64,000 nt of DNA from an uncultured virus (IMG/VR IMGVR_UViG_3300028763_000006) (lineage: Duplodnaviria > Heunggongvirae > Uroviricota > Caudoviricetes), in the IMG/VR virus record IMGVR_UViG_3300028763_000006, positions 1 to 64,000 of that record; one strand, given 5' to 3'. Below are positions 20,556 through 30,670 of the stretch, piece by piece. Position 1 is the stretch's first letter. Each line of letters starts with the position of its first letter. Both the position numbers and the translations under genes were made by a program. Below the pieces are notes generated by a model, which was not told where the DNA came from, searched no databases, and worked only from the letters and a program-made list of their open reading frames with translations.

Positions 20556-20829
20556 AGATGAAGAATCTGGATATGAAGATGAAGATGAATATGATGCAGA
20601 AAATAATCCAATAGAAGAAATTATAGATAAGTTGAATTTTTGTAGATTAGATTATTATAAACTTTACAAAAAAGATTTTAAAATTGCATCCATACGATTA
20701 AGACAGAATTTAGAATTTGTAATACAAACATCTAAACAACTAAAAAGGGATGCTCTTAAACACAGAAAAGAAATTGAAGAAAGACAAAGATTAGCAATAG
20801 AAGAAGCAAAAAATGAAGGAATATTATAA
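20539..20829 (+). CDS. Hypothetical protein, weak resemblance to Hc1/histone H1-like family
   Basis: KDFKIASIRLRQNL...KQLKRD pattern; acidic N-terminus. Confidence 0.35.
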   Translation: MKNYYEDEESGYEDEDEYDAENNPIEEIIDKLNFCRLDYYKLYKKDFKIASIRLRQNLEFVIQTSKQLKRDALKHRKEIEERQRLAIEEAKNEGIL

Positions 20830-21335
20830 TGACAAATGAATGGCTTAAGATTAAAGTAATTAGAGATATAAAAAATATCAAAAGAAATCAAAAATTATCT
20901 GGTATGTCATTATACACAATAAGAGACAAATATAGCATAACTTCAAAATTTACTAAAGAATATAGAAATCTAATAGAATTGATAAACAACTCATTAATAA
21001 AATGTGATAATACTAATATTTCAGAATCATATTTAAATAGTATTGATTTTGATTTATTCACAGAAGTATCAAAATTAAATAATGTAACAATAATAGACCA
21101 ACCATCATTTATATACGGTTCAATGAAAAATAATAATATAATTACACATCAAAGTAGTGTCATATCTTACGAAGGTGATCAATTAAATCACATAAAACAT
21201 TCTAATAATAGTATTTATCTATATCAGATAGAAAAAAATTATGCAAGATTCAAAGAAATGAGTGATAATAAATTCTTCAAAATTAATATAAAAAATAAAT
21301 TAAATAATTTAAGAATCAATGATAGTTTAATCTAA
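20829..21335 (+). CDS. Hypothetical protein
   Basis: 168-aa ORF; C-terminal IKNKLNNL resembles the RKxKL tag. Confidence 0.5.
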   Translation: MTNEWLKIKVIRDIKNIKRNQKLSGMSLYTIRDKYSITSKFTKEYRNLIELINNSLIKCDNTNISESYLNSIDFDLFTEVSKLNNVTIIDQPSFIYGSMKNNNIITHQSSVISYEGDQLNHIKHSNNSIYLYQIEKNYARFKEMSDNKFFKINIKNKLNNLRINDSLI

Positions 21336-21776
21336 TGTATTGGTATTTGACAATTTTTCATAGTAATCAGGACTAAATATATCTTTACCTTCCAAAATAT
21401 ATTTTAGGTAATTCTTATCAGGTAATATATTTTTTCTAACCATAGATGAATTAGCAACATAAATTAATGCTCTAACTTTTTCGTCATCACAAAAAACATC
21501 AATTTCTTCTCTTGTATAATGCATGGGATGTCCTTCAAATTTATCTATTCTTTTAATATCAGACTCTTCAATCTCATATAACGCACCTTCGACAATATCA
21601 TCATCAGATGGAATAACATTAGCAAATCCTAAATAACAATTTTTCTTAGATACTTTATTAAAAACTAATTTATAATTTTCTAACGTTGCGAATTTTCTTG
21701 ATGAAAAATTAATATTTCTTTCATTTTTCATTCTATACTCAGATATATTACTACCATATGCAAAATATTTTATCAT
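21327..21776 (-). CDS. Gamma-glutamylcyclotransferase (GGCT/AIG2-like)
   Basis: YFAYGSN, VEGALY, IDKFEG, Y-x-R motifs. Confidence 0.85.
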   Translation of the reverse strand: MIKYFAYGSNISEYRMKNERNINFSSRKFATLENYKLVFNKVSKKNCYLGFANVIPSDDDIVEGALYEIEESDIKRIDKFEGHPMHYTREEIDVFCDDEKVRALIYVANSSMVRKNILPDKNYLKYILEGKDIFSPDYYEKLSNTNTLD

Positions 21777-21880
21777 TATTACTTAATTATTTTTTTTATA
21801 TATTAAAAAATATCAGTTCAATGAATATGAATAAACAATTCATTTTTTTTATAATACAAAAAATAAAATAATATCATATA

Positions 21881-22315
21881 ATGAGCACAACAATTAACAA
21901 TATAGATTTTGATATCACAAATCTAAAAATAACAAACAACTCATTACCAATACAATTTAGTGGTGGGAGACTACAACATTATACCAATATGCAAAGTTCT
22001 ACAATAGAAATGACAGCAACAACATCATTAAATAACTTCGAAAAATTAAAAGATTGGTGCTTCAGTGATCAATATAATTATAAATCAGTTCATAAAGTTA
22101 ATACTGATTACAACGGTAGAATATTAAATGGAGTATTTCCTGTAAAATTTGAAATTAATCAAGATTACAATTTAATAGAAACTGATTTCTCTGTTGACTA
22201 TGTATATTATGATGATGATTTAATTAAAGCAATAAGAAAGAAGGAAGAAAGAAAGAAAAGAAAAGATAAGATAAATAAATTAAATCATATTTGTGAATTA
22301 AGTAATAAAATTTAA
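21881..22315 (+). CDS. Small protein, RKxKL family
   Basis: RKDKINKL near the C-terminus; similar to the next ORF (ATTS-x-x-N). Confidence 0.55.
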   Translation: MSTTINNIDFDITNLKITNNSLPIQFSGGRLQHYTNMQSSTIEMTATTSLNNFEKLKDWCFSDQYNYKSVHKVNTDYNGRILNGVFPVKFEINQDYNLIETDFSVDYVYYDDDLIKAIRKKEERKKRKDKINKLNHICELSNKI

Positions 22316-22322
22316 TATTTAT

Positions 22323-22688
22323 ATGCTAGTTTCAAACAAAATAAATTTCAAAAAATATATCATAAATATAAAAATATATGATATGTTATTCAAATTATCA
22401 GATATTATATTTTATGGTGATTACATAAAAATATCAGCAACAACATCTAATGAAAATTATAAATTTATAAGCAATTTATTAGATTATAGCATCAATTCTC
22501 ACATAAAAAAACAAGATGTGACAATATATAAAGACACAAAAATACTTGGTATTTCTATAATAGATTTTGATTTCAACCAATGGAATATGAATGTTGAATT
22601 CAATGCTGAACGCATAATAGGTGATATCGAAAACAGCTTAATTCAGTTAGAAAGAAAAGAAAAAATTAAAAAAATAAATAATATATGA
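22323..22688 (+). CDS. Small protein, RKxKL family
   Basis: Ends ERKEKIKKINNI. Confidence 0.55.
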   Translation: MLVSNKINFKKYIINIKIYDMLFKLSDIIFYGDYIKISATTSNENYKFISNLLDYSINSHIKKQDVTIYKDTKILGISIIDFDFNQWNMNVEFNAERIIGDIENSLIQLERKEKIKKINNI

Positions 22689-23041
22689 AAGATGACATAT
22701 GCAGTGACAATTTCAGTAGATATGGACAAAAATATTCTGAATTGATATTAAAATATCTAAATATTAAATATTATCATTCAAGAATCGATTGGTCAATATT
22801 GATAATAATTAAAAATGATGATTATTTATTGCGTAGTATATTAGACAATTTTTTTTATTTTGAAAAAATAACTAATTTAGATGATGATACATTTTTAAAC
22901 TATTATTCTATAGAAATAGACAATGAAAACACACATGTCTTAAAAATTGTAGATTTTTCAACTAATGTTTTTAAATCATATAAGAAAATTCTAAGAAAAA
23001 TTAAATTAAAATTTATAGAAGGATGTCAAAAATATTCATAA
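22685..23041 (+). CDS. Small protein, RKxKL family
   Basis: LRKIKLKFIE near the C-terminus. Confidence 0.55.
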   Translation: MKDDICSDNFSRYGQKYSELILKYLNIKYYHSRIDWSILIIIKNDDYLLRSILDNFFYFEKITNLDDDTFLNYYSIEIDNENTHVLKIVDFSTNVFKSYKKILRKIKLKFIEGCQKYS

Positions 23042-24003
23042 TAAGTAACACAAATTTTAATATATCTAAAAATATATCAGCAAAAGATTGGCTTAAAAAT
23101 ATGGAGATTTATTATAACAATGAATTTATTCCATATCTAACAGAAAATGTAAAACCAAATGATATTCTAATTCATTTAGGTAACTTTCTATACAAATCAA
23201 AGAATATTGATTTGACTGTTCTAAATTTCATACAAAAATTATTTGAAAGAATATCAGAAATTTTACCTGTTTATATAATAGAAGGAGAAAATGATAAACT
23301 ATCACTTAACATACTTAAAAATTTCAAAAACATAGAAGTAATTAATGAGCCTACTCAAATAAAATTATTAGTTGAACAAGTATTCACAATATTACCATAT
23401 AATACAAAAATTGAAGATATTGATAAATTTGAATCAGATATATGTTTCTTCAATTTTGACTATTTAAATTCATCAAAAAAAGACATCATCATAAACAAAT
23501 TAAGAAAATTTAAAAAGTGTTATAATGGATTTTATGATAAAAATGGTGTAGTAAAAAACATAAAAAATTTAGGATCACCATACAATACAGAAAGTGATGA
23601 AACCAAAGGATTCATCATACTTGATGTTTATAATGATAAAGATAAATTTGTAAAAAATAAAATAAGTCCAAATTTCAAAAAGATTTCAATAAATTCCGAA
23701 TCAGATTTAAATATTAATAAAGAAATATTTAATAATAATTATGTTAGTCTTAATATAAATAAAAAAATATTAATTGACAACAAAATCAAAATAGATATGT
23801 TAATTTCAGAAAATGACATAGTGAATATAAGTTATTCAGATGATGAAATAATAAAAGATAAGGAAGATATATTGGAATTAAATGAAAGTTCATTATCATT
23901 AAATGAAATGGTGATTGACTATATAAACAAATCAGATTCTATCAATAAAAATAAAATATTAGAAGAATTTAAAACCATAATAGAATTAAATAAAAAAAAG
24001 TGA
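23023..24003 (+). CDS. gp47/SbcD/Mre11-like metallophosphoesterase, catalytically degenerate
   Basis: Motif spacing of T4 gp47 (IIS-x-T-x-F, IHLG, G-x-x-D, LGSPY, KGFIILD, N-x-x-SP-x-F) but metal ligands are replaced. Confidence 0.7.
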   Translation: MSKIFIISNTNFNISKNISAKDWLKNMEIYYNNEFIPYLTENVKPNDILIHLGNFLYKSKNIDLTVLNFIQKLFERISEILPVYIIEGENDKLSLNILKNFKNIEVINEPTQIKLLVEQVFTILPYNTKIEDIDKFESDICFFNFDYLNSSKKDIIINKLRKFKKCYNGFYDKNGVVKNIKNLGSPYNTESDETKGFIILDVYNDKDKFVKNKISPNFKKISINSESDLNINKEIFNNNYVSLNINKKILIDNKIKIDMLISENDIVNISYSDDEIIKDKEDILELNESSLSLNEMVIDYINKSDSINKNKILEEFKTIIELNKKK

Positions 24004-24024
24004 TTTCAATTGAAATCACTTTTT
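23995..24024. terminator. Bidirectional terminator/palindrome
   Basis: AAAAAGTGATTTCAATTGAAATCACTTTTT between convergent genes. Confidence 0.75.
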
Positions 24025-24029
24025 TATGG

Positions 24030-24215
24030 TCATATTTGTATTCTTGATAAAATTGCTAATAATCCAAAAACTTTAAGAAGCCAAATAACCAAAATGATAA
24101 TAACTACAATGTTCAAGATATTTTTTATTTTGGCATCCATAGGAATATACGAATTCACCAACCATAAAATAATACCAACCACGATCAAAACCAATAATAC
24201 TGTTAATATAGACAT
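24030..24215 (-). CDS. Small two-TM membrane protein (Thivi_2564-like)
   Basis: LIVVGIILWLVNSYIPMDAKIKNILNIVV...WLL..FG pattern. Confidence 0.7.
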   Translation of the reverse strand: MSILTVLLVLIVVGIILWLVNSYIPMDAKIKNILNIVVIIILVIWLLKVFGLLAILSRIQI

Positions 24216-24291
24216 AGTTTTTTATTATATATATAAAATGTGAAATATGTTAAATAGCCAAATAAAAAATGATTTCAATTGAAATATTTTG

Positions 24292-24675
24292 TTAATATGT
24301 GAATATTTTATCTCTTAATTTTTTACATTCTAAATACTCTTCAGTGTTCAATTTTTCTACATAATTTTTAAAATCTATATAAATATCTGGAAATTTCACA
24401 CCTTCATCTGTACTAGGTTGTTTACGATCATAATGATATTTTAAGGACCATTCTTCATTAATACTATCAAAATATTTAATAATATCATCTTTACATGTGA
24501 AATAATTTATCATAAATTGATATGGATTTTTAAATTCTTTTTTTATACCCATTTTAGCCAATTCTATCATATCTTCAAGTTCTTGTTCTGCATTTATATC
24601 ATCTTTATGAGATAAAATTTCATCTATATTTTTAAACATATTGACTACTGTATCAAAAATTTCTATATTCATCAT
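24292..24675 (-). CDS. Hypothetical protein (possible UVR-like C-terminus)
   Basis: Ends EEYLECKKLRDKI. Confidence 0.5.
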   Translation of the reverse strand: MMNIEIFDTVVNMFKNIDEILSHKDDINAEQELEDMIELAKMGIKKEFKNPYQFMINYFTCKDDIIKYFDSINEEWSLKYHYDRKQPSTDEGVKFPDIYIDFKNYVEKLNTEEYLECKKLRDKIFTY

Positions 24676-24689
24676 TTTTAGTTTTTTAT

Positions 24690-25841
24690 TTAAAATCCTA
24701 TTTTATTAGTATCATTATCTGAATCAATTAATTGCTTTCCACCATCAACTTCTTCATAAATATCAGCCAATGTAGCGGGTTCATTGTATTTTTTATTCAA
24801 TCCTATATGTTCAGATAGTTTAGTTGCTTGCTTAGATGTCAATTTTTTAAACTTACAATCAACCATAAGTCTTCCTTTTCTTAACAATGCCTTATCTATT
24901 ATCTTTTTATCTACATTAAATGTTGCTATTATTTGCATATCCATATGATCATTTAATAATCCATCACTAATATTCAAAATATTACTAACAGCTTGATTTC
25001 TTTCTTCTTGAGGAGATGTCAATATTGATTCTGCATCTTCCAATAATAATATAGCATTTTTAAATTTTGAAATAAATGATATTAATCCAGGACTTGCTAT
25101 ATCCATCATCAAAAATGATGGAACATAAATTATAGTTTTTTCATTTGCTAATTCAGAAACAAGTTTACGAAGATACATAGTTTTTCCACAGCCTTCTAAT
25201 CCATGAAATAAAAATAATCCATGTTTATTTTTTTTTATTTTTTTTAATATTTCTACGTGTTTATCAACAAAAGAGTCACCATAATTTAAATCTATATCAA
25301 TATCATAATCTTTTATTGAAGCAGGATGTAATTCATAGCCCATTGAATTGGATGCTATTATAAAAAAGGTTTTATTTATTGGTTGAACAAATACAATATC
25401 TCTAAGTTCATTAGATATAGTATCTACGTATTCTATTGCATCTGAATCAAAGTATATCAACAAATCTGATATTTTATTTTTTTGTGATTCTTCTGTGTCA
25501 TATAATTGAATATCATTTATTTTTTCTTCATCATAGAATTGAATAATAAGTTTAAATGGCTTATCAACTTTAATTATATATTTATAACTTTTTTCAACTC
25601 TATTCTTAGTATCAGAATGTACATCACAAAAAAACGTAATATTTTCAGGTTTCAATTTAAATTTATTATTTATATATTTCCAAAAGTCATCTGAATATAT
25701 TTGATCGCTTAAAAAAAGTCTATTTACAATTTTTCCAAATTCAGTGAGAGAATAAACATCCTCTCTTCTATCTAATGCTTGATCTGTTAATAGATAAGGT
25801 GGTAATTTATTCGATATTGATTTTTCATTCATATCACTCAT
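24690..25841 (-). CDS. AAA+ ATPase
   Basis: GLEGCGKT, LLLEDAE, LNISDGLL, ATFN, ALLRKGRL. Confidence 0.85.
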   Translation of the reverse strand: MSDMNEKSISNKLPPYLLTDQALDRREDVYSLTEFGKIVNRLFLSDQIYSDDFWKYINNKFKLKPENITFFCDVHSDTKNRVEKSYKYIIKVDKPFKLIIQFYDEEKINDIQLYDTEESQKNKISDLLIYFDSDAIEYVDTISNELRDIVFVQPINKTFFIIASNSMGYELHPASIKDYDIDIDLNYGDSFVDKHVEILKKIKKNKHGLFLFHGLEGCGKTMYLRKLVSELANEKTIIYVPSFLMMDIASPGLISFISKFKNAILLLEDAESILTSPQEERNQAVSNILNISDGLLNDHMDMQIIATFNVDKKIIDKALLRKGRLMVDCKFKKLTSKQATKLSEHIGLNKKYNEPATLADIYEEVDGGKQLIDSDNDTNKIGF

Positions 25842-25914
25842 TATTATAATACTTTATTTTAAATAATATATGATATAATTTTTTAATAGTTTATTTTTAA
25901 TATATAGATTAACT

Positions 25915-26193
25915 ATGAGATACATAAAAACATTTGAAGATAAATCAGATAAAATAGAAGTAGGAGACTATGTTATCATTAAAAATAATACAGCATGTCA
26001 TCCGAAATTTAATCATTTTTTTATAAATCCTTGTGAAGTCACATCATTAGATAATTCAGCAATTGATGGACACAACATAAAATTAAAATGTAAAACAGAT
26101 AATATATGGTGGAAGAAAACAGACATCTATTATCATTCAAAAAGAAAAGAAGATGTAGAATCAATTTTAAATACAAGAAAATTCAATTTATGA
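25915..26193 (+). CDS. KFNL-tag family small protein
   Basis: MRYIKTFE...VGDYV...NTRKFNL*. Confidence 0.75.
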   Translation: MRYIKTFEDKSDKIEVGDYVIIKNNTACHPKFNHFFINPCEVTSLDNSAIDGHNIKLKCKTDNIWWKKTDIYYHSKRKEDVESILNTRKFNL

Positions 26194-26203
26194 GAAAAAT
26201 CAT

Positions 26204-26512
26204 ATGAAAAATATTAGATTATATGAAGAATATATAATCACAAACTATGAAGTTGGTGATTACATTTTATTTAAAGATGATTATCTAAAGTTCTGGAAGA
26301 AAAATAAATCTGGAATATCTAATGATGTTTTCAAATTTGCAAAAATAACTGGATTAAACGCAAAAAATGATGATAGATATATTCTTGAAGTAATAGAAGA
26401 TAATGATATAGTTACATATTATTTAGAAGAAAAATATTTTGAAAGAAAATTAACATCAGAAGAAATAGAAGAATTTGAAATAACAAAAAAGTCATTAAAA
26501 TTTAATATATGA
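26204..26512 (+). CDS. KFNL-tag family small protein
   Basis: MKNIRLYEE...VGDYI...KFNI*. Confidence 0.75.
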   Translation: MKNIRLYEEYIITNYEVGDYILFKDDYLKFWKKNKSGISNDVFKFAKITGLNAKNDDRYILEVIEDNDIVTYYLEEKYFERKLTSEEIEEFEITKKSLKFNI

Positions 26513-27111
26513 TAAAAAATTATACACAATACATAAAAGAATCATACAATGAAATACACAGCAACTACGTAATGATAGATGATGATGAAACTGATAAGAT
26601 ATATATCGGAAAGGTAAAATTATCAAACAGAAATAATTTTGTAGATTTATCATATTTTTATTGGTTTGATAAGTCTAAATTAAAATTAGAAAAAATTAGC
26701 GGTACAATTAGATTTAATGATTACACATTAAATATTACATATCAATCTGATAGCTTAAAAAACTGTTTAATTAAAATATCTAACCTATATGACGGCATAC
26801 AAAAATTCAAGACTTATAAAAAATATATCATAGGAGAAAATGATAAATATATAGGATTATACGAAGTTGAATATTCTGAACCATGGATTAAATATATGAA
26901 TAAATATCCAAATGTAAAATTACATTTTTCATATTATCCTGAATCAGAAAGAAAGAAAATATTTGACCATACAAACTCTAAATATGAGAATTCACCAAAA
27001 TCAATAATGAGTTTCAACGTAGATATGAATACAATAAAAGAATTTGATTCATTTGATGACGCATATTCAGTGTTAGAGATAAAGCAAGACGCAAACAAAT
27101 TTAATTTGTAA
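26509..27111 (+). CDS. KFNL-tag family protein
   Basis: MIKNYTQYIKE...DANKFNL*. Confidence 0.75.
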   Translation: MIKNYTQYIKESYNEIHSNYVMIDDDETDKIYIGKVKLSNRNNFVDLSYFYWFDKSKLKLEKISGTIRFNDYTLNITYQSDSLKNCLIKISNLYDGIQKFKTYKKYIIGENDKYIGLYEVEYSEPWIKYMNKYPNVKLHFSYYPESERKKIFDHTNSKYENSPKSIMSFNVDMNTIKEFDSFDDAYSVLEIKQDANKFNL

Positions 27112-27147
27112 ATATATAATTTCGAGTAAAAAAAAAAATTAAAATAT

Positions 27148-27567
27148 ATGATATATTTAAAAAAATTTGAATCAGAAAATATAATGGAAAACGAACAATG
27201 TTTTGTTTTCCTCCAAGGAAATGATGCAAATGAAGAACATTACTATGATTTGGTTCGTGAAAGTAAAAATGACAATTTAATACTTTATCCAGAAAGATCC
27301 ATGACATTTGCTGATACTGTTGATTATAAACGTTATGTTAAATCAGTAGTTACTGAAAATCCATTTATAATATCTTGTTATCCAAGAGAGAATGTATGGA
27401 TATTACAAGATGATGATTGGACTCATCCAGATCAACAAACATATGGAGCTAGTGTAAATCTTATAACATCTTCAATTTTACAATATAGAAACACTATACC
27501 AACTTCTGTGTTAGGCGGTGGTAAATTTAAAGATAAAGTTAAAAAGTTAAAAAATTATAATGATTAA
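27148..27567 (+). CDS. Protein with the N-terminal tag only
   Basis: MIYLKKFESE...; no KFNL end. Confidence 0.65.
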   Translation: MIYLKKFESENIMENEQCFVFLQGNDANEEHYYDLVRESKNDNLILYPERSMTFADTVDYKRYVKSVVTENPFIISCYPRENVWILQDDDWTHPDQQTYGASVNLITSSILQYRNTIPTSVLGGGKFKDKVKKLKNYND

Positions 27568-27585
27568 AAAATTATTACACACATA

Positions 27586-27852
27586 ATGAAATACGTTAAA
27601 AAATACGAAAATTTAAAAAAAGTCACTCCAAATTTCAAAGAAGGAGACTATGTCATTTGCATAGATAGCGAAGACTCAATCTTAACTAAAGACATGATAT
27701 ATTTAGTGAAAAAAATATTAAAAAATGTAAATGGTTATTATGTTTGTAAAGTAAATAGTAAATTAGGAAAAATTGGTGAAAATTTAGGAACATTTTTATG
27801 TGATAGATTTATATCAGAAATTGAATATAATACAAACAAATTTAATTTATAA
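27586..27852 (+). CDS. KFNL-tag family small protein
   Basis: MKYVKKYE...EGDYV...NTNKFNL*. Confidence 0.75.
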   Translation: MKYVKKYENLKKVTPNFKEGDYVICIDSEDSILTKDMIYLVKKILKNVNGYYVCKVNSKLGKIGENLGTFLCDRFISEIEYNTNKFNL

Positions 27853-27855
27853 AAA

Positions 27856-28437
27856 ATGATAAAAAAATATTTACAATACATAACTGAATCAATAACAACC
27901 GATGTTGATGGATTATTGAACAGTATAAATGACACTAAAATAGATTTCTTTAAAATTGGATTATCAAATGATGATTATATAGAAAAAACTATAGATTTTT
28001 TATATGATGATAGTGATTTTAATCAACAATTATTTAAACAGAATCTCAAAAAAGGAGAGATGGAAACTACAATGGAAATTGAGAATTTTTTAAGAAAAGA
28101 CATTGACATGAAATTTTTCTTTCTATATAGTAGAGATGAAACAGTTTTAGATAATCCAAATTATATAATTTTACAATATTACAAAGATGATAAATGGTAC
28201 CCTATTGAAATATATTCAATAAAAGGAAAAGTGGAAGAATTCTACAAAAAACTAACAGCAAAAACTATAAAATTAACTCTTGATAATATTACATATATTT
28301 ATCAAACATCTAATTCTGGTAATAATTGGTTATTAAAAGAACCAGAAAAGAAAACTTCTAAATTCAAAGAAAATATAAATACAGATGATATAAAAACGTT
28401 AATAAAGGGCGGAGCTAAATTAAAAATTATAGACTAA
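27856..28437 (+). CDS. Protein with the N-terminal tag only
   Basis: MIKKYLQYITE... Confidence 0.65.
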   Translation: MIKKYLQYITESITTDVDGLLNSINDTKIDFFKIGLSNDDYIEKTIDFLYDDSDFNQQLFKQNLKKGEMETTMEIENFLRKDIDMKFFFLYSRDETVLDNPNYIILQYYKDDKWYPIEIYSIKGKVEEFYKKLTAKTIKLTLDNITYIYQTSNSGNNWLLKEPEKKTSKFKENINTDDIKTLIKGGAKLKIID

Positions 28438-28800
28438 ATGAAATATTTGAAAACATATGAAAACTTAAATGTTCCTAAAGAATACATTCTTTGTTTACTT
28501 GATCACAAAGATAGATGGGATAGAAATTTCTATCATGAAGGTAAAGAACCTGTATATGTAATATTCAAAGTTTTAAAGCATGAAAAAAATAATAGTAATT
28601 ATTATGATACAGATTTGAAAATAATTTATGAATATCAAGATGAAGATAATTATTGTGATCGTAGATGGGACAAAATAAGAAACGAAGAAAGATTATTTTT
28701 TGAAAGTATAAAAGATAAAATAATCTATCAATCCAACAATTCAAAAGATGTATTAAACAAACTAAATATAATTAGGCAATCAAACAAATTTAATCTATAA
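28438..28800 (+). CDS. KFNL-tag family small protein
   Basis: MKYLKTYE...QSNKFNL*. Confidence 0.75.
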   Translation: MKYLKTYENLNVPKEYILCLLDHKDRWDRNFYHEGKEPVYVIFKVLKHEKNNSNYYDTDLKIIYEYQDEDNYCDRRWDKIRNEERLFFESIKDKIIYQSNNSKDVLNKLNIIRQSNKFNL

Positions 28801-28801
28801 C

Positions 28802-29122
28802 ATGAATCATTTAAAAAAATTTGAGAACATAAATAAAGAAGATATAGATTACAATAAAATTTATTTATATAAGAATAAAGGTGGATATGTAGCAATTGGA
28901 AAAATAAAATTAATCAATAATTGCTACACATTTTATGAATATTATGATAATCATGATACCTTTGAATTTGGAAATCTAATAGTAAAAATAGATTATTCTA
29001 AATATTATGAGGATGATTATATGAGGATGAATTCAGAAGATTTTGATTATTTAAATATTGCACCACAAGATGAAATCAAAAAATACAATTTTGCATTAGA
29101 CTCTAAAAAATTCAATTTATAA
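28802..29122 (+). CDS. KFNL-tag family small protein
   Basis: MNHLKKFE...DSKKFNL*. Confidence 0.75.
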   Translation: MNHLKKFENINKEDIDYNKIYLYKNKGGYVAIGKIKLINNCYTFYEYYDNHDTFEFGNLIVKIDYSKYYEDDYMRMNSEDFDYLNIAPQDEIKKYNFALDSKKFNL

Positions 29123-29123
29123 T

Positions 29124-29396
29124 ATGAAACATTTAAAAATATTTGAGACATTTGATGAAGAATATAATATTGGCGATTGTGTAATAGTCATCAGTGAATT
29201 TAATAACATAGATGATGAGCCAATGATAATAATATCTGATAATGATTTTGGTAGTTACACATGTAAGTTTTTAAATCAAGGTAGCCATGACTATCCTGAT
29301 GTTAAAATTTATCCAGATGAGATTACAAGAAAAGCAACATCAGAAGATTTAGAAATATCTAAAATGTCTATAACAACAAGTAAATTCAATTTATGA
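29124..29396 (+). CDS. KFNL-tag family small protein
   Basis: MKHLKIFE...IGDCV...TTSKFNL*. Confidence 0.75.
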   Translation: MKHLKIFETFDEEYNIGDCVIVISEFNNIDDEPMIIISDNDFGSYTCKFLNQGSHDYPDVKIYPDEITRKATSEDLEISKMSITTSKFNL

Positions 29397-29918
29397 TTTT
29401 ATTTCAAAACATTGTCCGAAGTCAGAAAACAACAAATCAAATTTTTCATAATTTGAACCAAAGTAAATGAAGCAGCAAGCCATTGGAGCACCTTTTTTAT
29501 CTTCAACACCTTCACTCCAAAATTTCAATCTTGTATCTTTTAAAAAACACAAACCTTTTGCTTTTTTGAATATTAAATCTTTAAAATGCTTAGTGTTAGT
29601 AGCAACTGGAATCAGATACAAAATTTCACTTTTATAATTTTCATTTGCATCGACTCCTTTTTTAATCCAATCATATATTCTTGTTTTATTTTCAACATCT
29701 GAACCATAAGGAGGATTAACAAATAAAGTTTTATAGTTCCAACTTTCTTTTAATCCATCTGTTGGTAAAATATATTTAATTTTAGCATCTATCATACTAG
29801 TTTCATTACTACATGGATCTAATACTACTTCTCCTAACATTTTATTTATTAATTCTACAAATTTAGGTGGAGTGTTCCATGTTTTATTTTTAGATATACT
29901 ATTTCTTCCTGCAGTCAT
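29391..29918 (-). CDS. Phage DNA N6-adenine methyltransferase (Dam-family)
   Basis: WNTP, LDPC, DGL..SW, FVNPPY, RLKF motifs. Confidence 0.85.
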   Translation of the reverse strand: MTAGRNSISKNKTWNTPPKFVELINKMLGEVVLDPCSNETSMIDAKIKYILPTDGLKESWNYKTLFVNPPYGSDVENKTRIYDWIKKGVDANENYKSEILYLIPVATNTKHFKDLIFKKAKGLCFLKDTRLKFWSEGVEDKKGAPMACCFIYFGSNYEKFDLLFSDFGQCFEIKS

Positions 29919-29968
29919 TAAATTGATTATTATTTTTTAATATATATAGAAAAATAAGGTTTCAAAAC

Positions 29969-30658
29969 ATGATTGTCTATAAAAAAATTTTAGAATATTT
30001 AGATAATAAAGAAAAGAATGAAAACTACAAATTAATTGATTATACTAGATTATCAGATAGTTTAACTAATGATCAAATTAAAGATTTGTGTAAAGAAGCG
30101 GAAGATAATAATTTTTATGCAATTTCTGTATTACCAGAATTTGTAGCATCAGTAGAATCATTCGTTAAAAATGAAATTAAAGTATCTGCATTAATTGATT
30201 TTCCTAAAGGAAATTCAATCACAAAATATAAACTTGATCAAATTGATAAATCAATTGTCAATGGAGCTGATGAAATTGATGTTGTACTTAATTATGAATT
30301 GATAAAAAAAGATAAAACAGAAGAATTAGAAACAGAAATAAGAAAATTGACGGAATATTGTCACAAAGAAGGTTCAATCATAAAATTAACAATTGAAATT
30401 GGAGCACTTAACAATGAAGAAATTGAAAAAATTTGTAGAATGTGCATTGAAAATAATGTAGATTATATATCTACATCTACTGGAAAATTACCTAATGATG
30501 AATCATTTGAACAAAAAATTGAGAAAGTTAAATTCATGAGAAAAATATTACCTGATTATGTTAAAATAAAATTCACTGGTGGTATTAGAACAACCGAACA
30601 AATAAAAGAGATTAAATCTCTGGTAGATAGAATCGGAACAAGTATAATTCCACAATAA
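29969..30658 (+). CDS. deoC: Deoxyribose-phosphate aldolase homologue lacking the Schiff-base Lys
   Basis: IDYT-x-L, FPKG, GADEIDVV, K-x-x-IE, STSTG (canonical KTSTG), K-x-x-GGIR, RIGTS. Confidence 0.8.
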   Translation: MIVYKKILEYLDNKEKNENYKLIDYTRLSDSLTNDQIKDLCKEAEDNNFYAISVLPEFVASVESFVKNEIKVSALIDFPKGNSITKYKLDQIDKSIVNGADEIDVVLNYELIKKDKTEELETEIRKLTEYCHKEGSIIKLTIEIGALNNEEIEKICRMCIENNVDYISTSTGKLPNDESFEQKIEKVKFMRKILPDYVKIKFTGGIRTTEQIKEIKSLVDRIGTSIIPQ

Positions 30659-30670
30659 AAAATATAATTT

